In this document: positions 49,273-61,372 of the stretch, piece after piece
Position numbering within the stretch: the stretch's first letter is position 1
How the letters are laid out: the number at the start of each line of letters is the position of its first letter
NCBI GenBank assembly: GCA_973895155.1
Contig: OZ316891.1
Span: 6,109,708 to 6,173,707, forward strand
Direction of reading: 5' to 3'
Source: Marsupella aquatica
Taxonomy: Eukaryota; Plantae; Marchantiophyta
Length of the DNA stretch: 64,000 bases
Program-made: the position numbers and the translations under genes
Notes under the pieces: model-generated
The model's database searches: none
Seen by the model: the letters and a program-made list of their open reading frames with translations, nothing else
What the model was told of the DNA's origin: nothing

Positions 49273-51140
49273 AGGGCTGGCTTTTGCATCATTGTTTTTG
49301 TAACGTTATAGAATATAGCATAGCAAACAGGAGTGATTGAGAGCTTTCGGATCAAAAACTTGTTAATTTTGTAACGTTTTTTAGAATACAGCATAGTAAA
49401 TACGGAGTGATACTGACGATAAAAGATTAATTTCTGGCACCTGATCATGATTTCATGATTGCCCATGTTAGTATGGTCAAGTCACTGGAAGGTCCTGGAG
49501 TATACACACTGCACTCCCACAATTCTCCTTTGTTCCTCTGTCTGTGTCAGGTTCTACCATGCTCCCACGCAAGATTCCAGTGTCAGTTTAAGGGTGTTTG
49601 ACCCTGCGCTGTGTGGTATTATATATGTATGGCTATTTTCTATTATTGAACGGAGGCGCTTCTGATGGCCGGCTCAACTTAGGTTTAGTGAGTCTATGAA
49701 AGTCGGTCAGGTTTCGGCTCAACTTAGCTTTAGTGGGTCCATGAACGTCTGAGATGTCCTGATCACATTGGTGTCTTTATTCGCGTTATCGAGTGTATCA
49801 TATCGCGTATATTACAGTATTTTCTGTGTATATCTTTGCCTAGCTTATCATTTTATGAGCCATCCATTTCTTTTGCGTTCTACTCATGTTGTTAAGAGAG
49901 AGAGACAAGAGAGAGAGAACCCTCATTGGATCGAAACAATTATTCACTAGACTCAGAAGTGAAACTCACCTGCCATATGAAGGTCACTAGCTTCTCTTTT
50001 GCGTTCTCCTCATGTTGTTAAGAGAGAGAGACAAGAGAGAGAGAACCCTCATTGGATCGAAACAATTATTCACTAGACTCAGAAGTGAAACTCACCTGCC
50101 ATATGAAGGTCACTAGCTAGCGTTATCATTTTATTTACAAGAAACTTCGACTACAGGCTTTGCTTGCTATAACAAGCAACATCATGTACATCAGAAAATT
50201 CTGAATGGACAGAACAAGCAATACGATTTTATTAAAAAAATCTAAATGGATACGGGTACACCAAGCAAGGTTAGAAAAATCTAAATGGATACGAGCTTTT
50301 ATTAATTTGACATAAAAACCATTACCTACTTGCCTTCTTCTATTTTCTTTCCTAAGCAAACACCGTACCTCACAGCGCAGATGTCAATGTACATTTGTCT
50401 TGTAACATCATCTATCAATTATCTATAGAGGCCCGTAGTATCTATATATGATCGAGGATCATGGGTTGCATTTCATAGACTAATTGGTACGCACATATCC
50501 ATCGACGTACTACTCAATCTGGCACGGAACAGCTGATGAATCGCTTCGCTGAAAGGCGTAGGAACACCTGTTTAACTCTTCACACAAAACTTGGTCGTGG
50601 AAACGTTTCCTTCACTTTGTCGAAGAAAGCCTGCCACGCCTCTAAATTAAAGTAGAACTCTCCAAAAATTCTCTCATTCTCCAGCAGAGAAGACCCAAGT
50701 GGGCCTGCGCTCCTTCTCCTTCTTCCCCCGTTTGAAATTGGAGTCGGGTAAGCTGGTCGGCCCGCATGGACGGTGGAAAATTTTCAATCTTCTTGACCTT
50801 AGCAAGAATGTATCCTGCCCTGACTCGTCTCCGCTCCAACCATCTCCGGAGCTCGAGCACACTCACTATCTGCGGCTGCGGGTTTGCTACTTTGTCCCCC
50901 ACTGTCTGCCGGTACGTGCCCCTCCACTTTGAAGACACCCTTCCCCGACGAGCTGCAATTCAGTGATCCGGACATCATTAGCAGCCATCGTCCGGATGTC
51001 TCAATTGACGATGTTGGTCAGGCGATATTAGGGTCGCACGATGCTGATGAACTCGTCCGCCAGATCATGATGCTCCATGAAGAGATGCGCTACCTCTTGG
51101 TGAACTTCTTGGATTGAAATAGTTCTCTTCCGGTACATAG
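49273..51140 (-). repeat. right arm of the inverted duplication of 37360..39125; includes a local tandem duplication (about 125 bp) at about 49868-50112
   Basis: Reverse-complement similarity throughout. TTTTGCGTTCT.CTCATGTTGTTAAGAGAGAGAG...ATATGAAGGTCACTAG occurs twice. Confidence 0.9.
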
Positions 51141-51546
51141 TAAGAATATCCAAGAACTTCAAGTAGACATGCTCTTCACTCTGAAACCGCGTCTCAACCG
51201 TCTTGACGTAGTCCCTGACATGGTTGAAGTCGACCGAGGGCTCCGTGTTCACTCGCCTGTCTTCAGGAAGGAGAGAGATTTTGTACTCGTCGGGGAGAAA
51301 CGTGTTGAAGCCGAGAAAGAGGATCGGGTGACCTCTGAGCACATGCTTCACTCTCCTGATCACCTCGCCTCTATCGATTCTCTGAGCTTTCAAGTCATGT
51401 GAGATGTCGATGATGACCTTCAAAAAATCGTTATACTTCTGTTCGTCCGCTAACCTTCTCTTCACCAACCTCAGATATTCGAAGGCGGCAACCATGCCCG
51501 TGCCCGTCGAGCTATTTCGTGAGGAGGATGCACCGTTTGCAGCCAT
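51028..51546 (-). CDS. Sin3-like PAH1+PAH2-only protein (about 172 aa), intronless
   Basis: AFEYLRLVKRRL..KYNDFLKVI..KAQRID..VIRRVKHVLRGHPILFLGFNTFLP (PAH1); VDFNHVRDYVKTVETRFQSEEHVYLKFLDILTMYRK..IQEVHQEVAHLFMEHHDLADEF (PAH2), then a stop. Sin3-derived sequence continues downstream in a decayed state. Confidence 0.75.
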   Translation of the reverse strand: MAANGASSSRNSSTGTGMVAAFEYLRLVKRRLADEQKYNDFLKVIIDISHDLKAQRIDRGEVIRRVKHVLRGHPILFLGFNTFLPDEYKISLLPEDRRVNTEPSVDFNHVRDYVKTVETRFQSEEHVYLKFLDILTMYRKRTISIQEVHQEVAHLFMEHHDLADEFISIVRP

Positions 51547-51605
51547 ACTTAGCCCTGACGACCTCAATTGACGATATTGATATTGTAGCGCCGATGAACT
51601 CATCC

Positions 51606-51740
51606 ACTCGATCAAAATGCTCACTGAAGAGATGGGCAACCTAGTGTGAACTCGATCCTAATGCTCACTGAAGAGATGGGCAACAGAGTGTGAACTCGAT
51701 CCAAGTGCTCACTGACGAGATGGGCAACCTAGTATGAACT
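51606..51740. repeat. about 44-bp tandem repeat x3 upstream of the PAH ORF
   Basis: ACTCGATC..AATGCTCACTGAAGAGATGGGCAACCTAGTGTGA occurs three times. Confidence 0.88.
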
Positions 51741-54700
51741 TCCTGGACTTAAATAGTTGCTTGAGGTACAGAGTTATGCATGACGAGCCCTATGCCAGGC
51801 TTTGCACTGTGCAAGGAGGGCAGGCCCATAGGGATGTGTGAAAGTGATTTTCTTCCCTAATGTTTTTTGTCTAGACGTTCTTTCTCTGTCCTTTTGTGAA
51901 TTTTCCTGCACCGTTTACTGTCCTTACATGTAAAAGGACGCGGGGTGTTTTGACAGTGGGGACTCAACACGTGTTGTGCTCTGCTCTCCCCGCTCCTGCC
52001 TAGTGGATGCTCGATCCTCATATTTATCCTGTTAAGAATTCAAACTAGCTTTTCTCCCCGGGCAAGCAATGCTCTTGGTTGAAGTAGTTATGTCTGGTTT
52101 GATTCTCGGGGAACTCAAAGTCCAATATTCAATAGAGGATTGAAGCTTATTCACTGGAACTCATGGACTTGATGTTTACTATTTTCTGTCTCCAATTCTC
52201 ACAGCATTGAGTTCTTCACGTGTATTCTCTCCATGTCTTCCGTGTCCACTTTACTTCGTTTGATACTCCTGATCATAGGTTACAGGCCTTTAACTTTATT
52301 TGATCAATACTCTCATCATTTTACCTCTCCCGGCTTCCTTCTTTTGAGGTTTCTCATGGCATTCACATATCGCAATTCTAGTCATCTGCTGCCTAAACTT
52401 GAAGGAGGCTCGAACTATGAGCAGTGGAATTTACTTGTCTCCTCTGGTCTTGCATCTTCAGGCGGGTGGAAATTTGTTGATGGTACTGCAGTTCCTCCGG
52501 TACAAGAAGTGGACGAGAAGGCCTATCAGTTTCAAGCTCGTTTAGAATCTTACAATGCTCAAGCTGCACATGCTCGTATGATTATTCTCTCTACGTGCAA
52601 ACCACACATTCAAAGTACGCTAGCATCTGTGCTCAATGCGGCCGCTTGCTGGGATAAGTTGAAGCAGACATACCAGCCTCAAGGCATCATTCAGAAGCAC
52701 AACACTTGGGCGACTTTCATCAAACTTCAATACCGTGGTGAAGATATGGAGATTTTTACTACAAAATACCGAGATGCTGATCGGTGTGCTGCGGTTGGAA
52801 TTGTTGTTGATTCTACTGTCCAAACCATGCAATTCATACACGTTTGGATAAGCATTATGAGCATTGGACAGCCAATGTGCGAGATCACCTTCGGCGCAAT
52901 CCAACCGCTTCTCCATCTCTTGATTCTTTGTTACAAGAAGCCAAGGACGAATATCATCTGGCTGTGATTGGTCCCACTCCGCTGCAGCTCAATGTGAACA
53001 CGCCCAATCCCCGGCCTCCTTCGAAGTTGCTCTCCAAGGAAATTTGCAAGTATTGCCATTTACCTCGTCACAAGGAGGAGACCTGCTATTACAAACATTT
53101 ACACTTGCGACGTCCGGGTTGGCAGCGAAATACACTTGTTATGGAGCGCATTCAACAGCGCTTCAGGGTACCAATAATGTTCAGGCTTCTCCTTCTTCTG
53201 CTCCTGTACACGACTCTTCTCCAGATCTTGATCTCTTTAATTTTGTGCAGTGCTCTCATTCAGCACAATTGACAGAGCTTCAAGCAGTTGATACGGGCAC
53301 ATGGATTGCAGATTTGGGCGCCAATCATCACTTCTGTAATAACCAGAAGCTTTTCCATGACTACACTGCCGATCCGCTTTCCATCAATACGGGTGCTGGT
53401 CAAATCATTTCTCCTGGATATGGCATTGTTGATCTCTCATTACAATGCACTGACCAATCCTTTCGACAGATTCTTTTACACAATGTTCGATACATGCCTA
53501 GCAGCGAATTGAATACTATCTCAAAGCATCTTCTTGAAAAGAAGGGAGTCTATTGGCATGGCTGGGAGTCTCGCTTTATCATACAGATTACTGGTCACGA
53601 ATTTGCCACCGCAAAATGGCTTGATGGTCTTAAGGTCTTGACGATTCAATCTACATCTTCTTGTGTCCCTGATAAGAGCCATTTTTACGGCCAAACAGTT
53701 ACTCTACCTCTCCTTCATCGAAGATTTGCACATCTTCATTCTGATGGCCTCCAGAAAATCATCCAACAGGAACACATTACACTTTCTGGTTCTCACACTT
53801 TGCCATCCTATGAAGTATGCGCTTTGGCCAAATCTTCTCGTGTGATTTCTCGCGAAACTCACACTTAGGCTTCTGCCCCTTTTCAGAAAATCCATGATCT
53901 TGACCTATGTGGTCCCATCGCTACTGTTGGCATTCAAAATCAGAAGTATTTTCTTCTTCTTACTGATGATCACTCACTTTTTTGTTGGGTCTACTCTATT
54001 CAAAGTGAGAGTCAAGTTGTCCCTATTGTCCAACAATTTTTTACGGCCATTCAAACTCACTATGCCACAATCATTGCATCTCTTCATTGCGACAATGGCA
54101 CTGAGTTTGGCAGTTAGCAGTTTTTGACTTTCTTATCAACCCAAGGGTGTACCATCACCCATTTGGCTCCATATCACCATACTCAGAATGGTATTGCTGA
54201 ACGATCTAATGGTGTCATTACAGAGCAGGCTTGTGCGATGCTGCTTGACTCTCATCTTCCACCCCGACTCTGGCCAGAGGCTATTAATGCTATAGTGTAC
54301 GTGACCAATCGTTTGCCGACAACTACAAACACGCTTTCTTTATCCCCTGTTGCTGCCTTGAATGAACCATTCCATCGACAGTTCAATTCAAATATTTCTC
54401 ATCTACGCGTCTTTGGGGCACTTGCTTACGTTCATATACCCCCAGAGACTCGACCTTGTGGTGAGAAGTTTGCTGCTCAAGCTAAGAAGGGATACTTGGT
54501 TGGATACGGTGATGGCTTGAATTACCGTATATGGTTTCCGGATACAAATGAGTTTGCGGTATCTGCATACGTTTCCATTGATGAAACGCCGAGCACCACC
54601 TCTCCATTAGAGGCAAGTACATCTTTTGATTCAAGTTTCATTCATCTTGACGTCCCATATCAATGATATTACTTCTCGTATTCCTCCACTTGCAATTGCG

Positions 54701-56810
54701 GGTTCTATTTTGCCGAGCACTCCATTTGTTCCATCTCTCATTGATGGCCAGTCACAATCCAGCCCTTCATCTACGGCCAATACTCTCGTCTCTGTGGAAT
54801 GTTTTGACAATAACAATTTAATTCCTTCTATCTTTCCCCCTTTGGGTGCAATCTCGCCACAAGAATTGACAGTAGACCTTACAGCTGCAATATCTAATAT
54901 ACCTTCAGCTCCTTGACGTTCTGAGCGATCTACGCGGGGAATCCCTCTGCCTCAATTTTCTACTTCTTTGCTAACACGCATTCCATCCACGCTGCTTTCT
55001 TCTTATTTGGCTGCACTTTTTTCAGCCTCCTCTGAGGTGCATAAGACACACAAGGAGGCCATGTCTAGGCCGGATGCTGATTTATGGCAAGCTGTAGAGA
55101 AGAGAGAGTTTAATGAACTTACGAAGTTGAATGTTGCACGTTTAATCCCTTTACCTCTTGGTGCACGTCTTCTCCCATCAAAATGGGTGTACACACAAAA
55201 AGCAGCGGGCATCTACAAGGCACATTTCGTAGCTTGTGGCGATAAACAACGACCAGGGGAGGATTATGGGATACTTTTGCATTAGTGGTCCGTCCTGAGA
55301 CTTTCCGTGCTATCATGGCTAATGTTGCTGCATTAAATCTCGAGGCTAAGTGTTATGACATTGTTACGGCTTTTTTGAATGCTCTAATGGCTGGTCAAGC
55401 TCCAATCTATGTTCAACCACCTCCTGGCTACGAAACCTATGGTCATCTTGGCCAGCTTCTTGTTTGGCTGCTTTTACGAGCTTTGTATGGCTTGCGCTAG
55501 TCTCCACGCCTTTGGTACATCAAAATCACTGCATACTTAGCTCTGCAGGGCTTCTTTCCTTTACCCTCAGATCCTTGTGTTCTTAAGAATTCTGATGGCA
55601 ATCTTATTGTCTTATGGGTGGATGATATTATTACCGTTTCAAAAACTCTTAGCGGCATTGTGTCTATGAAGTCCATCCTCTCCTCCAAGTACATGAGGTT
55701 CATGAGCTCGGAGATCAGACTGAGTATTTAGGGCTTGCCATCTATCGTGATCGTAGCCAAGGTGTCCTTTACCTTGCCCAACAGAAATATGCTCTTAAAG
55801 TTCTTTCTCATTTTCATATGGAGTCAGCTCTTCCTTTGTCTGCTCCTTCTAGTGGCACTAATCGCCTGCTCCCAAGTGAAATCCCTGCTACACATGATCA
55901 GAAGCAGTTGTATCAAGCCATGATTGGCTCTCTCATGTACCTTGCAGTATAGACAAGACCTGATCTTTCTGAGCGTTGTTCTTGACTTGGCCAGTTTGCT
56001 CATAATCCGGCCTTCGAACATCAGAGTTGTGTCAGGCACATTCTTGGTTATCTTCGAGGCACTGTTAATCTTGGCCTCAAGTATGAAGTTGTTTCTTCTC
56101 CTGGCATTGAAATTCATTCAATGAATTTTCAGGGCTATTGTGATGCATCTTTCGTTGATAACAGTGTGGATCAAAAGTCTACATCTGGTTATCTCTTCAA
56201 ATTAGCAGGCGGCGCCATCAGCTGGAAATCTCGGAAGCAGCCAATCATCACCACCAGCAATACGGAGGCTGAATACATTGCCTACTCAATTGCTTGCAAG
56301 GAAGCTATCTGGTTGCGGAAACTTCTACAGCAGCTCGATCTCTGCACTTCATACAATCTCTGCACTTACGACGGTTGTGATCTATGGTGACAATAAACCA
56401 ACAATTGCATTAACCATCAATCCTGAGCATCACGCTCAGACCAAACACATTGAAATCCAATGGCATTATGTACGTGAACAGGTTTGCCAAGGGCATGTGC
56501 AGATCAAATATTTGTCTACTGAAATTATGCCTGCTGATTGTTTAACAAAACCGCTTGCTGGAATACGTTTCCAACAATTCATTGAACTCCTTGGTTTGGT
56601 ATTGTTTCCTTCTGCACCAAACACACAGTAGATCGTCAATCCAGGGGGTGTGTGAAATGGATTTTCTCCCTTTACTGTTCTTTGTCTTGACGTTCTTTCT
56701 GTCGTTTTGTGAATTTTCTTGCACTGCTTACTGTCCTTACATGTAAAAGGACGCAGGGTGTTTTGACATCGGGGACTCAACACGTGTTGTGCTATGCTCT
56801 CCCCACTCCT

Positions 56811-57199
56811 GGTCAAGTGCAAGCTAGAGGGGTACCAAAGGAGTCCCCAAGGACTAGCTCAAAAAGGAGAGGGGAAGGACTAGAAATGTCATTAAGATTT
56901 AGTTGAGCACACTCCCAAAAAGGTTGGGCACACTTCCAAACGATTGGGGGCACTGCCAACAATGTTGTGCACACTTCCAAAAAGATTGGGCACACTTCTA
57001 GAATTCCCAGACATTTGGACACACTTCCAAACATTTGGCATGCATGATCTAACCTTTCAATCTCACCAAAACAATCCTGGCCATTCCATGTAACATTTTG
57101 GTCTTTTTGTCCTCTAGTGATTGCTTTTACCAAGGACCTATGTCCTTTTGGTGAAGAAAATGGAGATCCTTTCAGTACCCCTCTAGCTTGCACTTGACC
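56811..57199. mobile_element. 389-bp MITE with 25-bp TIR and 4-bp TSD (TCCT) in the copia 3' LTR
   Basis: GGTCAAGTGCAAGCTAGAGGGGTAC...GTACCCCTCTAGCTTGCACTTGACC. The 5' LTR shows the empty site CTCCTGCCTAGT. Confidence 0.92.
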
Positions 57200-57316
57200 T
57201 CCTGTCTAGTGGATACTCGATCCTCATGTTTATCCTGTTAAGAATTCAAACTAGCTTTTCTCCCCGGGCGAGCAATGCTCTTGGTTGAAGTACTTATGTC
57301 TGGTTTGATTCTCGGG

Positions 57317-57617
57317 CTCGGGGGTTTCACTTCCACAAAAATGGCATATCACGTGCGACAAAGGATATGGTCATTTTATTGGTTGTAAGGGAAGACTTAA
57401 GAATTTTTGTAGAAGAACAATAGGGTCTTTTAAATTCAATTTTGAGACTTATAAGAACATTACCTAGGGCCTTTTTAATCCAATTTTTGGAATATTCCAA
57501 GAATATTCCAACTTTATAGGGGTTAAAAAATAATAATTTTTTCTTATATTTTAGGGGGTCTGAGACCTAAAAACATCACAGGTGATGGGGAGGTCCCCAT
57601 ATAGTGAGACCCCCGAG
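57317..57617. mobile_element. 301-bp MITE with 15-bp TIR and 8-bp TSD (TTCTCGGG) in the copia 3' LTR
   Basis: CTCGGGGGTTTCACT...AGTGAGACCCCCGAG. The empty site GATTCTCGGGGAACTC is in the 5' LTR. Confidence 0.92.
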
Positions 57618-59025
57618 TTCTCGGGGAACTCAAAGCTCAATATTCAATAGAGGATTCGAAGCTTATTCATTGGAACTCATGGACTTGATGTTTACTATTT
57701 TCTGTCTCCAATTCTCATAGCATTGAGTTCTTCACGTGTATTCTCTTCACGTACTTCCGTGTGCACTTTACCTCATTTGATACTCCTGATCATAGGATTG
57801 GTCGGGGCATTATGGGGCAACAGGAAGCAAATATGTGCTGGGGGTGTACATTTCTCTCATCAATGGTCAGCAAAAACAGCTAATCAAATCCAACCTCTAT
57901 GGATCCTTGCCGCCCAAAAGCTTTTTTGTATTGGGACAAAGGACGAAAAAGGCGGGATCCTTTATTATAGTTGTAGTCAAACATTATTCACATTTCTATG
58001 ACAATAGAGGTGCCTGACACAAAGTCTTCTGTGGATGAGAAAGAGACTCACGGTCGGCTGACATACACGGCCGGTGGTGACCAGAAGGGAGAATAAATTA
58101 AAGTCAAGGTTGAGAAGGAGGACTCAAGAAGGTGTGGGTAACCAACATATATTGAGGATGAGTCCTAACACGATTTATTGTCACTGGTCCAAATGTCAGG
58201 AATCTGCAATCTCAGGAATTCACACAGACACCCCGATCTTGACCATTTTGGCTTGGCTACGTACCCGGTATCAGCTTGAGACCACTGAGGTCAATAGATA
58301 TCAAAAATACAATGAGAGGCTTAGTAAGGCCATCAATAGGCATGTCTTGTGTGGAGAGGTATTAAATAACAACAATGCCCCTTGAACTTGTTCACAAACA
58401 ACATGATGACAAACATCAATGTGCTTGATCCTGATGATGATAAGGAACATCGATGTGCATTGTCCTAAAATGATGAGCAGTATGTGATTTGGCAAGTTTT
58501 TTGTCACCATAGATAACTTTGTGAGCATCCCTCAACTGGGCCCTCACTTAGTATAAAAACTATATACCCACTTGATCAGACCCTTTTAATTTTGTACCCC
58601 TTATATATTATTTTGAGACAATTGTCTCCGCCCTTTCCAATCTTCTATTAAGAGCGCCTAAAGTGTGAGCAACTTGTTTATAGTGTAGGGTGTAACCACT
58701 AATGCATTAGTTTCATTGATTGACTTAGTCTTACTTTTTCTGGGTTTCCTTGCATCTGAATGAAATCATTAGCTAGCGCATTTCATAGGTTTTTGTAAAA
58801 CAAATAATCATCACTATCATCCAAGTACATTCTTGGCTGCTGTTCACAATCAAAGCAGAAGCAATAGATACCTAGCTTGTCATCACGGTTCCTTATCTAA
58901 TCATGAATCTCTTACCACTTGGCCGCACTATCAACTCTTCAATAGCTATCAATATTGCACTTTCAAAGTCTGAACTCCATCCATTCTTAACATCTTATTG
59001 TTCAACTAGCTTGTCTTGCATGCTT

Positions 59026-61022
59026 CACTAGTACATTTTACCTCCTTTTTCCGATTCTCTCCACATCGGACGTCTTTGTAAAACAAAATATGAAAAAACC
59101 ATACATCCGATTCTGCCGGCATTGTAACATGCCATGATGAAAGTATCGGATATCGACAATCGGACTTAAATCAGAAAGTCCGATGCTGAAAGAATGGGAA
59201 AGTCCGATGCTAAGAGAATGGGAAAGTCCGATGCTAAGAGAATGGGAAAGTCCGATGTTGGGAGAATGGGAAAGTCCGATGCTAGGAGAATGGGAAAGAG
59301 CAAAACAATGAAAATGGGATACACATTGGAGCGGACGCAGGGTGCTCAGGTCACCCATCTCTTCCTTTGTATATTTACTTTCATTTTGCAACCATGAGCG
59401 AGGTGCCCATCTCCTTTGACATTTCAACTCTTCATTCCTCAACTAAGTGGTCACCCATCCCAATTGCTATTCCTCCAACATGAGCTTAACTTTGTGGTTC
59501 TTATCCCTCACAATGTACATGCAAGCTTAACACTTTTATTGTTTGACTTGGAGTGTTTAGGGATTTTATACACTTCTAAATTTATTAAGAGCCATAATTT
59601 GGACCTAAGCTGGGCAGAGTCGGGAGAGGCCAACAGGAAACATGCAACAATGCAGCCCCAGCCAAGCTAGAGGCAGCCAGGGTCAATGACAACACAGCCC
59701 GGGCCGGGGAAATGAGGATGCAACGATAGTGGCAAGGGTGGAGCAAAGACGCAACCAATGCGCCTCGACTATGGTGATAGAGAAATGGAGGGGAGGAGAA
59801 ATGGATTAGCCGACCCACCCCTCCGCAAACTATACTAAGGGTTCAAAATGTAATCGTGAGGGAAGCGACAACCATCCAATGGGAAGACCAAAAGAAATCT
59901 CAATGACGGATCTTAGGTAGTTAACCTGAGTTACTTTTCTTAACCAATGACTCAAACGAGAGGCAGAGTGATAAATACAAGAAAAGAGTGGCAATGTAGT
60001 GATTATGCCACAAAAGTGTGGCATTAGACTAATAAATCCCAGTTTTGCTCTATCATGATATTGCATGTTTGCATCGAGTGATCTATAATTACGATTACCC
60101 TCTTACATTCCCTTGGAGCAATCAATAGAAATTTGGGGTCATTCGTGAATAGTAAAGCCCTCCTCCATCCAACTTGACATGAGATCATTATAGTTTATTA
60201 GTTATGGAAGATTAATATTTTGGTCCTTCCAAAGCCTTGGCGTCAAGGGCAGCTCCCGATTGTCTCATCTTTCATCAACTATGTTGTTGTTGGACTTGCA
60301 ACAAAGACTACATGGGACAAGCAATCTCCTTTTAGATGATAAATTTTGATTTTGCATGTTGAGCAAATATTGCCAAAAGGGAACAATATTTTGGGGTCTT
60401 GGAAGGAGGCAAGAACAACATTCAATTAAGTCCATTTGCCTCAAGTATGAAGTCATTCAAACATGCAAGAATGATTGTATCCTCTTTTCTAGGAAGAGTA
60501 TGTCGGTGCAACTACATGCCCCATCTAACACAATAGGAATTTGTCGTTTTGCCAAAATGAAAATTTCCCATTCTCCCAACATTGGACTTTCCCATTCTAC
60601 TAGCATCGGACTTTCCCATTCTCCTAGCATCGGACTTTCCCATTCTCTCAGCATTGGACTTTCCCATTCTCTCAACATCGGACTTTGCCATTTTACCACA
60701 ATCGGATATAATATCCATTCTTATCAACTACGGAACTTTTCCGATCAATATTGAAACGCACATCATTTCCGTTACAAAAAACATCGGACATATCAATCAA
60801 ATTTTTTGTTAGGGGATCCGATGTATTTTGTAATAGATATGATCCATTTTTTACCGCATCAGAAAGGTTCCGTTGTAAATTACATCAGAAATGAAGATAT
60901 CCAAAGCCGAGAGTATGGCATATTGCCATTTTGTGATAATGGGAATTTCCAATTCTAAAAGAATCGGACGCCGGTTGTTTGCAAAAATTGAGCATCGGAA
61001 ATCAGCTAAATATGTACTAGTG
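59026..61022. mobile_element. non-autonomous CACTA element (about 2 kb) with 3-bp TSD CTT
   Basis: CACTAGTACAT...ATGTACTAGTG termini flanked by CTT/CTT. 24-bp subterminal repeats (GAGAATGGGAAAGTCCGATGCTAA) are inverted between 59170-59297 and 60565-60690. The empty site is in the paralogous arm at about 31681-31692. Confidence 0.95.
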
Positions 61023-61372
61023 CTTGGATGGATCACTAATTAAAAATTAATTAAATTCAGATCCAATATAACCAAAAACAATTATTCCACAAACTCAGTT
61101 GCCAATTTAACTGCCATTCAAAGTTCACTACTGCTCTCATTTTACATACATGAAAGTTTGACTGCATTCACCAGAAGGTTTCGAAGTATATAATTTGATT
61201 ATGCTTGCTTGCAAGAAACACGATTGAAGGTTATGGAATGGACACGCCCTTTTATTGATGTACCATCAAAAACAATTCAGCTGGTCAACCTAACGTTAAC
61301 TAGCTACCTTGCGTTGATCTTGGTTACTTTCCTAATCTAAAACATGAAAGACAATTATCGTGACCCTAAAGT

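Larger units (their letters stand above)
51837..57794 (+). mobile_element. full-length, decayed Ty1/copia LTR retrotransposon (5' LTR about 51837-52277; 3' LTR about 56651-57794)
   Basis: gag (LEGGSNYEQW, CKYCHLPRHKEETC zinc knuckle), protease (WIADLGANHH), integrase (LLHRRFAH, DLCGP, QNGIAERSN), RT (YDIVTAFLN, LYGLR, WVDD), RNase H (GYCDASF, TKHIEI) in copia order. It has a GGGGG polypurine tract before the 3' LTR, paired LTRs of about 440 bp, near-TSD GGATG/GGATT, and many stops and frameshifts. Termini are uncertain by about 2 bp. Confidence 0.95.

Noticed and set aside
59170-59297. 24-bp repeat array as a CRISPR array or a repeat protein (SHSLSIGL / MGKSDAKR ORFs)
   Set aside because: The units are contiguous with no unique spacers, are mirrored at the other end of a CACTA element, and there are no cas genes. 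These are subterminal repeats and the ORFs are by-products.
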